From IMG/VR virus record IMGVR_UViG_3300035208_007487: a stretch of DNA of 64,000 bases; one strand, written 5' to 3'. Positions within the stretch are counted from its first letter, which is position 1. Each line of letters begins with the position of its first letter. Source of the DNA: a virus. Its lineage: Duplodnaviria > Caudoviricetes. Made by a program: the position numbers and the translations under genes. Shown one piece after another: positions 40,410-50,334 of this stretch. The notes under the pieces were generated by a model that did no database searches, was not told the origin of the DNA, and saw nothing but the letters and a program-made list of their open reading frames with translations.

Positions 40410-41284
40410 TATTGATTAACCTGATTTGCTAATTTTTGTAAATCACCTAATGCAGAAACTCCAGCAATTTTAAAATCACCGTTTGCGTAACCATTATTAC
40501 CTTTAATTTGATAAAATTCAAATCCGACAGTAATTCCAATTACTACGGGTATTCCATTACATGTTTCTCTAGAAGTATTAAAAGAAATATTTGTTATAAC
40601 TAATGGATATAAATTAAATATATCGGTTCCAGCACTATTAGAAATATTTAAAGTAACTGGAGGTGGATTATATGATAATAAAGTAGACAAAGTATCTGTA
40701 ATATCGGTAAATACACTTTTTAAATCTGATACTCCTGGAATTTTGTCAATCCATCCAGAGTTAGAGCTTCCGGTACCTGATGCGCTAGTCGGCTCGGCTT
40801 TACGCTGAGAAGGAAATCCTAATATAAGTATTGCAGGAATTGCTATTTTATATGTATCATCCATTGGAGTATACCATTTCATTGATACTGACAATCCGCT
40901 TATAGAAGATCCATTATACATTCTAGTAGACGCTGCACCAGTTCCAACAATACTCATCCCACCCATATTTAACATAGTATTAGATACATCATAAGTAGCT
41001 TTAACTGCATTCAATGATACCCCAAATACAGTTTGTTTAGATAGAGCTTCTAAACCTTGATAAAGACCTTGATAAGCAGTTCCTGTCCAATTATTAGTGA
41101 AACTTAATGCAATATCATTTTGTAAAATACCTGAGCATCTAGTTCCTTTAATTATTTCTTTAGTGCTTTTCCCTCCAAAAATATTACCAACAGATGATGA
41201 TAATTTGTTTAATGATTTAGTGATACCTGTTACTTTATTAGTATCACTTAAATCAATGGAAGATATGTTTACTATTAATGACAT
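40409..41284 (-). CDS. Tail tube initiator/cap, gp48-like (start revised to MSLIVNI)
   Basis: TAAATA-N7-ATG at 41284; IALSFTNNW...YNGSS...NPPPVTL...LVITNISF...GIPVVIGITVGFE. Confidence 0.6.
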   Translation of the reverse strand: MSLIVNISSIDLSDTNKVTGITKSLNKLSSSVGNIFGGKSTKEIIKGTRCSGILQNDIALSFTNNWTGTAYQGLYQGLEALSKQTVFGVSLNAVKATYDVSNTMLNMGGMSIVGTGAASTRMYNGSSISGLSVSMKWYTPMDDTYKIAIPAILILGFPSQRKAEPTSASGTGSSNSGWIDKIPGVSDLKSVFTDITDTLSTLLSYNPPPVTLNISNSAGTDIFNLYPLVITNISFNTSRETCNGIPVVIGITVGFEFYQIKGNNGYANGDFKIAGVSALGDLQKLANQVNQ

Positions 41285-41294
41285 TAAATAATAT

Positions 41295-43349
41295 TTAGTC
41301 TGTTGAAGGGGGAGTTGTATTATAAGTCTTAGTAGCAGATGAACCTCCACTATTTCCACCGCTTATTTCAACTTTAAATATCTTTGAAGATATTTTTTCA
41401 GCTAATATTTCAGCAAATTTGCTACCATCTTCTCCATATATCTTTTTAAACAATTCATATTGTTTTTTAGAATATTCTAAGCCAGTAGCTATTGTATTAA
41501 CTCCATTAGGTCTATTACCTTCATCACTAGGATTTCTTTCAAAATCAGCTATAGTTTTTCTAGGAGCTAATCCTTCAATATTTTGTCCAGAAATTTCTTC
41601 ACTGATTGGAGCAACTGAAGATTGCAAAGGTATAGTTGGAGCGCCATTTGGCAAAGCTTCTTCTTTTTCAGCAGCTAATTTAACTCTATCAATTATTTCT
41701 TTAGATACGGCGGTTTCTTTTGGACTGACATTAGGTAATTTTACTTTAGCTGGCGAATATACTGTTGATGTTATAGTAGCATTAGAATGTCGTCTTTTTG
41801 GAATCTTTCCTGGTTCAACTCCAATTTTATTTTCTTTAAATATATCAGATAATGACAATAATTTATTTTTTAAATCTTTAGTATAATTTATTACACCAGA
41901 AAATCTATCAGAATTAACTTCAGCATTAGCTTCTTTATCACTTTTACCTAATTGTGTTAAATTTTCAGTTATTCTACCTTTATTATCACTATACATCGAA
42001 CGAAGTTCAGCTTCATTTATTCCAAATTTTTCTCTAACGTCTTTAGTAACACCTAATTGTAAATCTTTACGCAAAGCTTCAGTAGCATCTTTACTTAGAT
42101 TTCTACCTAATCCTTTCATTTTTTTATCAATATCGCTAAACTGGCCTTCCAATTCCTTCATCATTAATTTATCAATTTCTCTTCTATTTTTATTAGCTAC
42201 AATTAATGCTTCATTTTCTTTATTTAAATTAGAATTATATTCAGCCCTAGTTTGAGTGATTGTTTCATCAATTTCTTTTAAATCATTTACTCCAGAATGC
42301 ATTGCTTCATAAAAGCTATCCATACGTTTTACATCATCATCAGTTATAGTATCACCTAATGTTTTTTTCCAATCATTTAATATTGCGTTAATATCTCTAG
42401 TATTTAAAGTCCCTGCCTCAACTTTACCTTGTAAATTAGCTTTTTTCTTTTCACCAAATGAAGTTCTAGATAATATCTCTTTCATATTATTATTCATAGA
42501 ATTTGTTAATACATCTCTAGCTGCTTCACTTTCAGCTAATTTATCTCGTGCTGCTTCATTATTAGTTCTAAGTTCATTATATGATGCTTCAGAATACTTA
42601 GTTGCTTCTAATAATTGAGCATTTCGTGTTACATCGGCATCGCCTTTATTTTCTTTAACTTTAGTAAATACATCTTTCCAAGCAGTAAACATATTCATAA
42701 ATTTTCCAGGTAATTCACCAAACCCAGCATTTTCCATAATAACATCACCAGTTTTAGCAACAATTCCTGTAGCTAATCCTGCCAATAATCCTCCACCTTT
42801 TTTATCTTCTTTTACACTAATACCCTCTTTAATATTTTTTCTAATTTGTTCTAAGGCTAATACTTGTTTATTAGACGCATATTTGTAAAACTCAACAGCA
42901 TATTTACCATAGCCATTAGATGCGTATTCTTTTTGTCCTTTAGCTATAGCTTTACTTAATAATGATAAATTCTCTCTAGAATTCAATCCAATTGGTAGAT
43001 TCTTTATTTTAGTTAAAGCTTGAACTAAAGTTTTATGAAAAGATTCAGGAGTTAATAATTTTTCTAAAGTTCCATAATCAACTTTATCATCTTTAATTTC
43101 TTCAAAGGATCTAACGGCATTACCAACTTGAGAATTCCAGCCATCCATACTGATTAATAATTTTTTCATTAAAGATGAAAAATGACGTTGATCTAATCCA
43201 TTTTCTTTAACAGCTTGAGACAATACACTAACTATATCTTTATAATCTTTTGTATTAGTATTTTGTATTTTAACATTAGAATTATAATCTTGTAATATTT
43301 TTACAAGAAAATTTATATCTCTTCCTAAGTCTTGTTTAGAAATTGGCAT
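41295..43349 (-). CDS. Probable tape measure protein (gp29-like)
   Basis: 684 aa, helical/coiled-coil with GGGLLAGLATG segment; between tail chaperones and the gp48-like gene. Confidence 0.65.
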   Translation of the reverse strand: MPISKQDLGRDINFLVKILQDYNSNVKIQNTNTKDYKDIVSVLSQAVKENGLDQRHFSSLMKKLLISMDGWNSQVGNAVRSFEEIKDDKVDYGTLEKLLTPESFHKTLVQALTKIKNLPIGLNSRENLSLLSKAIAKGQKEYASNGYGKYAVEFYKYASNKQVLALEQIRKNIKEGISVKEDKKGGGLLAGLATGIVAKTGDVIMENAGFGELPGKFMNMFTAWKDVFTKVKENKGDADVTRNAQLLEATKYSEASYNELRTNNEAARDKLAESEAARDVLTNSMNNNMKEILSRTSFGEKKKANLQGKVEAGTLNTRDINAILNDWKKTLGDTITDDDVKRMDSFYEAMHSGVNDLKEIDETITQTRAEYNSNLNKENEALIVANKNRREIDKLMMKELEGQFSDIDKKMKGLGRNLSKDATEALRKDLQLGVTKDVREKFGINEAELRSMYSDNKGRITENLTQLGKSDKEANAEVNSDRFSGVINYTKDLKNKLLSLSDIFKENKIGVEPGKIPKRRHSNATITSTVYSPAKVKLPNVSPKETAVSKEIIDRVKLAAEKEEALPNGAPTIPLQSSVAPISEEISGQNIEGLAPRKTIADFERNPSDEGNRPNGVNTIATGLEYSKKQYELFKKIYGEDGSKFAEILAEKISSKIFKVEISGGNSGGSSATKTYNTTPPSTD

Positions 43350-43371
43350 TAAATATTATTTATTCTAATCA

Positions 43372-43572
43372 TTAAGAGCCAACTAATCCATATTTTTGTA
43401 ATTGCTCTTGACGTTCTTGTTCTCTAGTTTCTTCTAACTGTTTTATTAGAATATTAAATTCATGAAAAAACATATTATCAAAATCTATAATAGAAGTATT
43501 ATATTCTTTAGCTAATATTCCTTTAATCTTCGTAAGATAAGTCAGGTCCAATTTTGGGAAGAAAGTAGCCAT
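43372..43572 (-). CDS. gp51-like assembly catalyst / possible frameshift extension of the upstream chaperone
   Basis: LAKEYNTSIIDFDNMFFHEFNILIKQLEE resembles gp51-like SxxExENMxPWERxIY; overlaps the upstream gene by 50 nt in the +1 frame. Confidence 0.65.
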   Translation of the reverse strand: MATFFPKLDLTYLTKIKGILAKEYNTSIIDFDNMFFHEFNILIKQLEETREQERQEQLQKYGLVGS

Positions 43573-44398
43573 CTTGAAAGGGAATGGGTACGATAGATGT
43601 AAAACCGCACTCCTCCTTTTCGCATGTTAAGAAAGCACTCTTATTAAATCCAAAATTCATTTTAATGAAAAAATTATTTATTACTGCAAAATCAGTTGGA
43701 TCTAGATTTTCAAGCATTTCAATTCCATCAGTAATACCCATACCATGTAATACTGAAGCTATTTCTAATAATTTAGCATCATCTATTTTCAATTTTCTTA
43801 AGGCTAAGTTTTCATTAACAAAATTTTCAATTCTAACTTTATCCTTTCTTCTCATAAATCTTAATGCAATCTCATTTCCTGATATTGGTAGTTTACATGA
43901 CATTGGATCAGTTACACTAGCTGGAAGATAATATACCATTAATTTATCTAAAGGAACCAAAGCATCTTCATTCAAATGCCCACATTTACTACAAATAAAA
44001 CTCTTTCTTAGAGGAGTTTTAGTAAATGTTTGTTCTCTTAGCCAAGCTAATATATATAATTCATCTCCTATTAGAATATCTCCAGGTGATACTCCCTTAA
44101 TACGTCTTTTAAATATATCATCAATAACTTCACTATCATTTGAATTTTCCATAGCTTCTAATACTATAGAATCTCTTACTTTTAACGGTTGCCCTTTTAA
44201 TTTACAAGGAATACCTACTTGATTTTTATAATATCTTCCACCTGAAGGTAATCCTCCTATTTCAATATATGGATCTTTTTCTACTTCTTGAACACTTAAA
44301 ATTTCACTAGAAAATTCACTACCTTTAACTATTGCATCAATTTGAGCATCACTTAATCCAGCCGCTTTTAATTGAATAACTCTATTTTGAACATCCAT
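43523..44398 (-). CDS. Baseplate hub/tail assembly chaperone, gp26-like
   Basis: LPSGGRYY, ILIGDELYILAWLR, CSKC...CEKEEC zinc ligands, LPISG...RFMRRKD. Confidence 0.75.
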   Translation of the reverse strand: MDVQNRVIQLKAAGLSDAQIDAIVKGSEFSSEILSVQEVEKDPYIEIGGLPSGGRYYKNQVGIPCKLKGQPLKVRDSIVLEAMENSNDSEVIDDIFKRRIKGVSPGDILIGDELYILAWLREQTFTKTPLRKSFICSKCGHLNEDALVPLDKLMVYYLPASVTDPMSCKLPISGNEIALRFMRRKDKVRIENFVNENLALRKLKIDDAKLLEIASVLHGMGITDGIEMLENLDPTDFAVINNFFIKMNFGFNKSAFLTCEKEECGFTSIVPIPFQDGYFLPKIGPDLSYED

Positions 44399-44419
44399 AT
44401 TATATATTTATTGATATTT

Positions 44420-45403
44420 TTAATGTCTTAATACGTAGTTAGTTATACCAGTAGTATTTTTAATACCATTTGTAGCAGTGTTACTTACTACATCGCTTGC
44501 TGATTGAGTTAAGTTAAATCCAACTAAAGGAGCTTTAATATCGCTATTTTTAATTGTAGGATTATATGAACTAATTGCTCCAGTTATTCCAGTATTTACG
44601 CTTTTAGCCACATTATTTCCTACAGTATTAGCAATTGGTAATGAACTATTAACTCGTTCATAACTATCTAATGAAGTTTTTCCTGCATTAACAGAAATAG
44701 TAGTTTCAGTTGCCGTACCTAATGAACTACTTGGATTTTTTAAAGAAACACTTCCTTTAGTGTCCCCTACTAAATCTTTATATGATTCAGCCATTGAAGA
44801 TATTTCAAAAGTAATAATATACATCATAGGATTTATTTCATCATATGCATAAACTGGATCACTAATATTAGTTAATAAGCATCTATCAAACTTTATTACA
44901 TTATCTGCAAAAATATTTCTATTAGTATTTCCATTATCAGCAGCAATAGCATCATGTCTTTGTGTTTTAGTAGTTATTTCTATTGAATAATTTTGACCAA
45001 TTAGATTATTCCCACTAGATTCATATTGCCCATTAAATATTTCAGATTGGCATCTAATTAAGCTTCTATAAATGGCTAAATCACTTTTTTCTCTTACTGT
45101 TAATGTAAGCAATCCACTGGTTTCTATTTCTAAAATATAATTAGGACGTAATAATGAATTTTGGCTCATGTAAATATCATTAGCTTGTTTAAATTTAATT
45201 TGAGGTAATGTAATATTTTCAACAACCCAAGGCTCTTTATTAATTAAATATAACGGGTTAGTTCCAGTAGTATTATTTCCATTATATTGCTGAGTATCAG
45301 ATAATCCACGTTTTCTAATAAAAACATCAAATTGATTCGGAATATATGCTGATGCAATATTGAAATAGGTATTTATTTTTTTAATATCATTTGCGACTAT
45401 CAT
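44420..45403 (-). CDS. Tail tube-fold protein (gp54/gp48-like); start revised
   Basis: PNQFDVFI...VENITLPQI...LTLTVRE...KFDRCLLTNISDP; ATG at 45403 overlaps the upstream TGA (ATGA). Confidence 0.6.
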   Translation of the reverse strand: MIVANDIKKINTYFNIASAYIPNQFDVFIRKRGLSDTQQYNGNNTTGTNPLYLINKEPWVVENITLPQIKFKQANDIYMSQNSLLRPNYILEIETSGLLTLTVREKSDLAIYRSLIRCQSEIFNGQYESSGNNLIGQNYSIEITTKTQRHDAIAADNGNTNRNIFADNVIKFDRCLLTNISDPVYAYDEINPMMYIITFEISSMAESYKDLVGDTKGSVSLKNPSSSLGTATETTISVNAGKTSLDSYERVNSSLPIANTVGNNVAKSVNTGITGAISSYNPTIKNSDIKAPLVGFNLTQSASDVVSNTATNGIKNTTGITNYVLRH

Positions 45404-46155
45404 ACTGAAGTTGCTCCTGTACGGCCCCAAGTACTTCCAGATTCAGTTGTATAACTATTAGTGCTAGTTGTAGGATCTGGACTAGGTATTGCATAAACAA
45501 ATCTGCTGAATTTAAATTCAACAGTAAATTCATATAAATTAGAAGTGCTTTGTTCTAATTTAGGTTGACTAATTTTTACTGGATATATATTTACATATCT
45601 AACTCTCATAATTACTGCGCCTGTTGTATAATCATATACATCAGCATATACTGTATTATTGTTAACAAAAAAGTTTCCGTATACTTCATCATCTTTATTT
45701 TTATAAATTGGAGTGCCATAACCTAATATTGCATTATAATTACTACTATCAAAAATAGCAGAATCATTTCCAATTGAAGCTATACAATAAGAATAGTTAT
45801 ATATACAAAATTGCATCCATCTTAATATATTTTTATGACATATTAGATCACTAGTTTCTAACATGGTTACTACTAAAGTATCATCTTGTTTAATAGTAGT
45901 TGGAACTGATTTTTTACAACCTCCCATGTATGAAATAGTTGTACTATTCATTTCAATAGTTGGAGGCTGATAATCTTTAGTTACTAATGATAGTTTATCA
46001 CCTGTAAAAACATTATAATTTAATCCAATAATATTTTCGTAATTTATTAACTCATTAAAATTAAAATTAAGGCTCCAATGCGAAGTTCTAATTGGTCCAT
46101 TTAATTTTTCTAGTTGTGTTACAAAGTATCCACTACTTTTACTTAATGCAGTCAT
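45400..46155 (-). CDS. Tail tube paralogue (gp19/gp54-like)
   Basis: GYFVTQLE...PIRTSHW...YDYTTGAVIMRVRYVNIYP, clearly similar to 46207-46887. Confidence 0.75.
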   Translation of the reverse strand: MTALSKSSGYFVTQLEKLNGPIRTSHWSLNFNFNELINYENIIGLNYNVFTGDKLSLVTKDYQPPTIEMNSTTISYMGGCKKSVPTTIKQDDTLVVTMLETSDLICHKNILRWMQFCIYNYSYCIASIGNDSAIFDSSNYNAILGYGTPIYKNKDDEVYGNFFVNNNTVYADVYDYTTGAVIMRVRYVNIYPVKISQPKLEQSTSNLYEFTVEFKFSRFVYAIPSPDPTTSTNSYTTESGSTWGRTGATSV

Positions 46156-46179
46156 TATTTAATATTTATAATATAAAAT

Positions 46180-46203
46180 AAAAAGCCTCAAATGAGGCTT
46201 TTT
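46180..46203 (-). terminator. Rho-independent terminator after the tail tube gene
   Basis: AAAAAGCCTCA-AA-TGAGGCTTTTT inverted repeat. Confidence 0.8.
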
Positions 46204-46206
46204 AAA

Positions 46207-46887
46207 TTAGGTTATTGAACCCGTTCCACCTTTTGGAAGAACTATTCTGAATCTATCATGTTTGAACAATGCAGTATATCTTCCTAAATTAGCCTCTTCG
46301 TGCGATAAATTAAGTTCACCTATTGAAGCCGGGAATATATTAATGTATTCTACCCTTAGTATAACTTCTCCCAAGGTGTAATCATATAATTCTAAATAAA
46401 CCCATCCACTATTTCTAACAACTGATTTCCCGCTATCAAAAGTTGAAGTATATTTAGCCGAACCTAAGTTAATACCCCTTTCACTATTTGGATCAATTAC
46501 TGATGTTCCTAATGAACCATTTTGATATAAATCAGTATTATGAGCTAATTGATTCCATTTGCCTAAAAATCTAAAACCTCTTACATCGGCAGGCTCAAGA
46601 ATGTCAAAGCTAGATTCTTTTTCATATTCAGTATTAGTGGTAAATAATACGGATTGTCCCATAAACCATGCTTCAGCAGTATTAATTAATAATTTTGGTA
46701 TCTTAGCTGTTTTAATCATTACGCATATTTCATCGTCAGATTTTACATCTGGGCATATGTCGGTTCCTAATTGAGCTTTAATTAGTGGTACATTAAAACG
46801 TAGTCTCCAGTGAGTCGTTCTAATAGGATCTCTAACATTTTCAATTTGGGTTATGAAATATCCAGTTCTTTTATCTAGTGTGCTCAT
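46207..46887 (-). CDS. gp19: Major tail tube protein, T4 gp19-like
   Basis: DPIRTTHWRLRF...KTAKIP...YINIFPASIGELNLSHE; follows the sheath gene; own SD and terminator. Confidence 0.85.
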   Translation of the reverse strand: MSTLDKRTGYFITQIENVRDPIRTTHWRLRFNVPLIKAQLGTDICPDVKSDDEICVMIKTAKIPKLLINTAEAWFMGQSVLFTTNTEYEKESSFDILEPADVRGFRFLGKWNQLAHNTDLYQNGSLGTSVIDPNSERGINLGSAKYTSTFDSGKSVVRNSGWVYLELYDYTLGEVILRVEYINIFPASIGELNLSHEEANLGRYTALFKHDRFRIVLPKGGTGSIT

Positions 46888-46932
46888 ATCAGTTGTCCTT
46901 ATCTCTATATTTATCTAATTCACTATAAAAAC

Positions 46933-46961
46933 AAAAAATCCACTAATTGCTTAGTGGATTT
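46933..46961 (-). terminator. Rho-independent terminator after the sheath gene
   Basis: Stem AAATCCACTAA/TTAGTGGATTT with U-run on the minus strand. Confidence 0.8.
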
Positions 46962-46982
46962 GTCATTACATTTAATCTTTTA

Positions 46983-49079
46983 TTAGATTAATCCAGCTTC
47001 AATTAATCCATTAGTCTTGTATACTGTATTTCTAACAGTGATTCTTTCAGCACCCTTAGTAATCTCCATTCCAATATCTACGATTAATTGATTATTATCA
47101 ATAACTGTAGAAGTATTATTACTATCGTTACAGGTAACGACATAATTATATAATCCATCGTGTGTTTTAATAAAAGCTAATACAGTGGTTACTTCTTCTG
47201 TAATAGTTTTTCTTAAATCAGATGTATTTAACTCATATACATAAGGAGTTAATTTAGTTCTAAGAACTCCATATAAGTAAGCTAATAATGATACTGCATG
47301 TAATCTATTTAATGAAGTGTTTTTTATTTGAAGGGTTGCTTCTCCCCAAATAAATTGACCATTTAGACTTCTAGTAGTATTAATTCTTTCTTTACTTAAT
47401 GCTCCCACTTCATCTGGGTAATATCTAAGATATACATTTCCACTTGAAGGGTATCCAATTGAACCTCTATTAGTTCCTGCAACAATACTCCAAGGATATA
47501 AATTAGTCCATACATTAGTTATATTGCAAGCTACAAAAGAAGTCATAGCAACTTCAACATCTTTTTTATTGTATCTGTCATACATAACTTGACGGCCATC
47601 ATACATTGCACCCCAATAAGATTCATATGAAGCATTAGAGCCACCTGATTCATATCCCACTCCAGTTACATTTTGATTACATAAATCTATTAATTTATCT
47701 ACACTCTTTCTCTTAGGTAGATCAAATATAGCGATACAATCTTTTCTAATTGTGCAAACTTGAAGCATTGACACTATTACATTTGAATTAACTTGTTCAA
47801 CTAATTCAATTTTATCACCGAAGCCTGAAACGGTTGTTCCAGATGCACATAAAAGATTTACTTTTACATTTGAAATATCTTTGAATAACCCCCAACCATA
47901 ATCATAATTTGGTACAGTTAATGGAGCTACCGTAGTTCCACCTTTTAATAATATTTTATTTTGAGTAGTTGTATATTTGGTTACTGAGCTAGAAGTAGTA
48001 GCAGCTTTAGCCATAGTATAAGATTCTCTTCCAATCCAAGTTCCACGGAAATCTTCATTCATTTGGCCTAATACTAATGAATCACTGCTAGTAGCTTCAT
48101 CTAATTTTAATTGTAATCCAGTATTGGTTACATAATTAATACGAGCGAATGGAATAGTTTGTACTGGAGTAGTAGAAGTTTTGCTAGAATAAATTCTTAA
48201 CAATCCGATTACTTGAATTAATTTAGTCAAATCATCATTAATATCCCACACTAATAAATCAGAATCCCATCTTTTAAATACACCTTTAACAGTGATCTCT
48301 ACATCATTATCATCTAAAAAGGTATAGTCTTCATTTGGGAAGAATCTATCCTTAGAAGTATCATAATATCCTTCACCTGTGATATATTCAGATAATTCTA
48401 CATCATCATCAATTGAGCGAGAAGTTAAAGTATCAATATTTGATTCTCTTACTCCTGAAACAAACCCATTAGGATTTTCATCAGTTGAATTAAAATATGA
48501 ATAAGTTTGGATAGTTACATAATATCCACTTAATCCTGGATATTTAGTTGCTAAAGTAAATGGGCTATTTGAATCTGAATATTCAGTAATTACTACATTT
48601 TTTTCTAAATCATCTACTACTTTTGATATGCTATTAGAAATAGCACTATATATTGAAGCATCTCCGGGATCATATACTCCAGTGTAAGTATTAGTACCAG
48701 AAAATCCGCCACTAAATCCACCATCCAAAACAGTATCATAATCAAGAATACTAGAATTAAGATCTGGGAACATTATGGCAACTGCATCTAAATGTTCATC
48801 TGCTTCAACTTCTCTTACTATTTTTAATATTGCACCTGAATCCAATAGCATTTTAGCTGCATATAGTAATTGGTTATTTTTTGCAGTTTTAGTTGGAGTT
48901 CCAAATATTGAATATAAGTTAGTTGTATCACTTATTGATACAATTTGATTAGATGGACCTTGTGATGTCCAGCCCACTAATCCAACTTTAAAACTATTAT
49001 CATCACCTGTGCTATATGCACTAAGATCTTTAGTTATGAATTCTACGCCCGCTGCGCCTTTTAATTGGTCTATTGCCAT
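46983..49079 (-). CDS. gp18: Tail sheath protein, T4 gp18-like
   Basis: AGVEFITKDLS, GPSNQ...FGTP, RKDCIAIFD, PWSIVAGTNRG, IWGEATL, VTCNDSNNT..VIDNNQL. Confidence 0.95.
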   Translation of the reverse strand: MAIDQLKGAAGVEFITKDLSAYSTGDDNSFKVGLVGWTSQGPSNQIVSISDTTNLYSIFGTPTKTAKNNQLLYAAKMLLDSGAILKIVREVEADEHLDAVAIMFPDLNSSILDYDTVLDGGFSGGFSGTNTYTGVYDPGDASIYSAISNSISKVVDDLEKNVVITEYSDSNSPFTLATKYPGLSGYYVTIQTYSYFNSTDENPNGFVSGVRESNIDTLTSRSIDDDVELSEYITGEGYYDTSKDRFFPNEDYTFLDDNDVEITVKGVFKRWDSDLLVWDINDDLTKLIQVIGLLRIYSSKTSTTPVQTIPFARINYVTNTGLQLKLDEATSSDSLVLGQMNEDFRGTWIGRESYTMAKAATTSSSVTKYTTTQNKILLKGGTTVAPLTVPNYDYGWGLFKDISNVKVNLLCASGTTVSGFGDKIELVEQVNSNVIVSMLQVCTIRKDCIAIFDLPKRKSVDKLIDLCNQNVTGVGYESGGSNASYESYWGAMYDGRQVMYDRYNKKDVEVAMTSFVACNITNVWTNLYPWSIVAGTNRGSIGYPSSGNVYLRYYPDEVGALSKERINTTRSLNGQFIWGEATLQIKNTSLNRLHAVSLLAYLYGVLRTKLTPYVYELNTSDLRKTITEEVTTVLAFIKTHDGLYNYVVTCNDSNNTSTVIDNNQLIVDIGMEITKGAERITVRNTVYKTNGLIEAGLI

Positions 49080-49158
49080 GATTATTCTCCGTTAGATAAT
49101 ATTTAGCTAAAAATACTAAATAAAGTGCCTTTTTGATATTTTCATAAATAATTATAAT

Positions 49159-50085
49159 ATGGATGATAAAGAATGGGCTTTTTATACTCCTAGTATGCCC
49201 CAAGAACAATTAGCAGATATTAATAATAATGTAAAAGACCATTTTAGTCCTGCATTTAATACTCATAATAAATTTGCTGATCAATCTCTTTATAATAATT
49301 TAAGCGCTCAATATTTTGAACAAAATGGAGTTCAATGCATATACTATGTTTCAACGATCTCAACAACTAAAAAGGCTCCATTCGTAGGTAATCAAACCCA
49401 AGGAATTTATAGAAGTTTTCATACAAAGATTGTAGGGGATTCTATAATACAACCTGAGTTAATTAAATTTGCTAAATTTGGTGCAAGTGGATTAGACCAA
49501 ACATCCTTAGTATTACATAGAGAAGTATTTTTTAAGCATAATGCAAGAAATCTAAGAGAAAGAGGTATTAAACCTGATTTAGATCCAAATAAGCATAACC
49601 CTTGGATATCTCAAAGAGGCTATGCTGATTTTAATTATGAAGGATATAGTGCTGCACAAATTTTTCCAAAAGCGGGGGATTTAATAAAACCTGAATGGAT
49701 TGAAACTCTATATGTGATTGACAGTGTTAATACTAAATTAAGCGATCAATCTTTTATGCAAAGAAGTTATTATTTTAAAATTGCTATTAGAGAATATCAT
49801 GATGATCATAGAAATATTGATCCTAGCTTGGCAACTGAATCAACTAATACGGGTAATTATGTTGAAGAAAAATTTGATCAACCCGCTACATTAGATGTTG
49901 GGCCTTTGGTCGATAATGGGCCTATTGATAAGATCAATAACCCTGATTATGGAGATACTGATAAATTCTGGAAAGATATTGATACTAAAGATGATGTTCT
50001 TTATCGCCCACCTGAAGTACCAGATAGCGAAAAAAATATTTCAAATAGTAAGAAATATGGACAAACTCGTTTTGGTAAATGGTGA
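49159..50085 (+). CDS. gp14: Neck protein, T4 gp14-like
   Basis: DQSLYNNL..QYFEQNGVQCIYY, IKFAKFG...LD, PKAGDLIKP..TLYVI. Confidence 0.75.
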   Translation: MDDKEWAFYTPSMPQEQLADINNNVKDHFSPAFNTHNKFADQSLYNNLSAQYFEQNGVQCIYYVSTISTTKKAPFVGNQTQGIYRSFHTKIVGDSIIQPELIKFAKFGASGLDQTSLVLHREVFFKHNARNLRERGIKPDLDPNKHNPWISQRGYADFNYEGYSAAQIFPKAGDLIKPEWIETLYVIDSVNTKLSDQSFMQRSYYFKIAIREYHDDHRNIDPSLATESTNTGNYVEEKFDQPATLDVGPLVDNGPIDKINNPDYGDTDKFWKDIDTKDDVLYRPPEVPDSEKNISNSKKYGQTRFGKW

Positions 50086-50115
50086 TTATCTAAATATAAG
50101 TAAAGGGAAAATAAC

Positions 50116-50334
50116 ATGTTTACTACTTCAGAAGATTACAAAGCTATGATTGATTGCTCATATAAGATAGGCAACTCAACCGTTAATGAAAAAAGAACTA
50201 ATTTAAGTGAAAGTTCTGAAAAGAAACCAAATAATATATTTGAATCAATTGGTGATTCAGAAAAACCTAAAGAGCCTATAAAAATAAAATATATTGATGC
50301 AGTAAAGGCTAAGTATTCATTAGGAAAAAACTAA
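50116..50334 (+). CDS. Hypothetical small protein, possible head core protein
   Basis: 72 aa; LSES/IFES motifs; TAAATA box and AGGG SD. Confidence 0.55.
   Translation: MFTTSEDYKAMIDCSYKIGNSTVNEKRTNLSESSEKKPNNIFESIGDSEKPKEPIKIKYIDAVKAKYSLGKN

Noticed and set aside
41285-41359. Track start (GTG 41359) for the gp48-like gene
   Set aside because: Overlaps the tape measure gene; the ATG at 41284 has the TAAATA-N7 signature. The track starts at 5392, 45430 and 57299 were revised on similar grounds
49080-49106. Possible SD-sequestering hairpin in the sheath leader
   Set aside because: Only a short, bulged, AT-rich pairing (ATTATCT/AGAATAAT), within chance expectation at this composition
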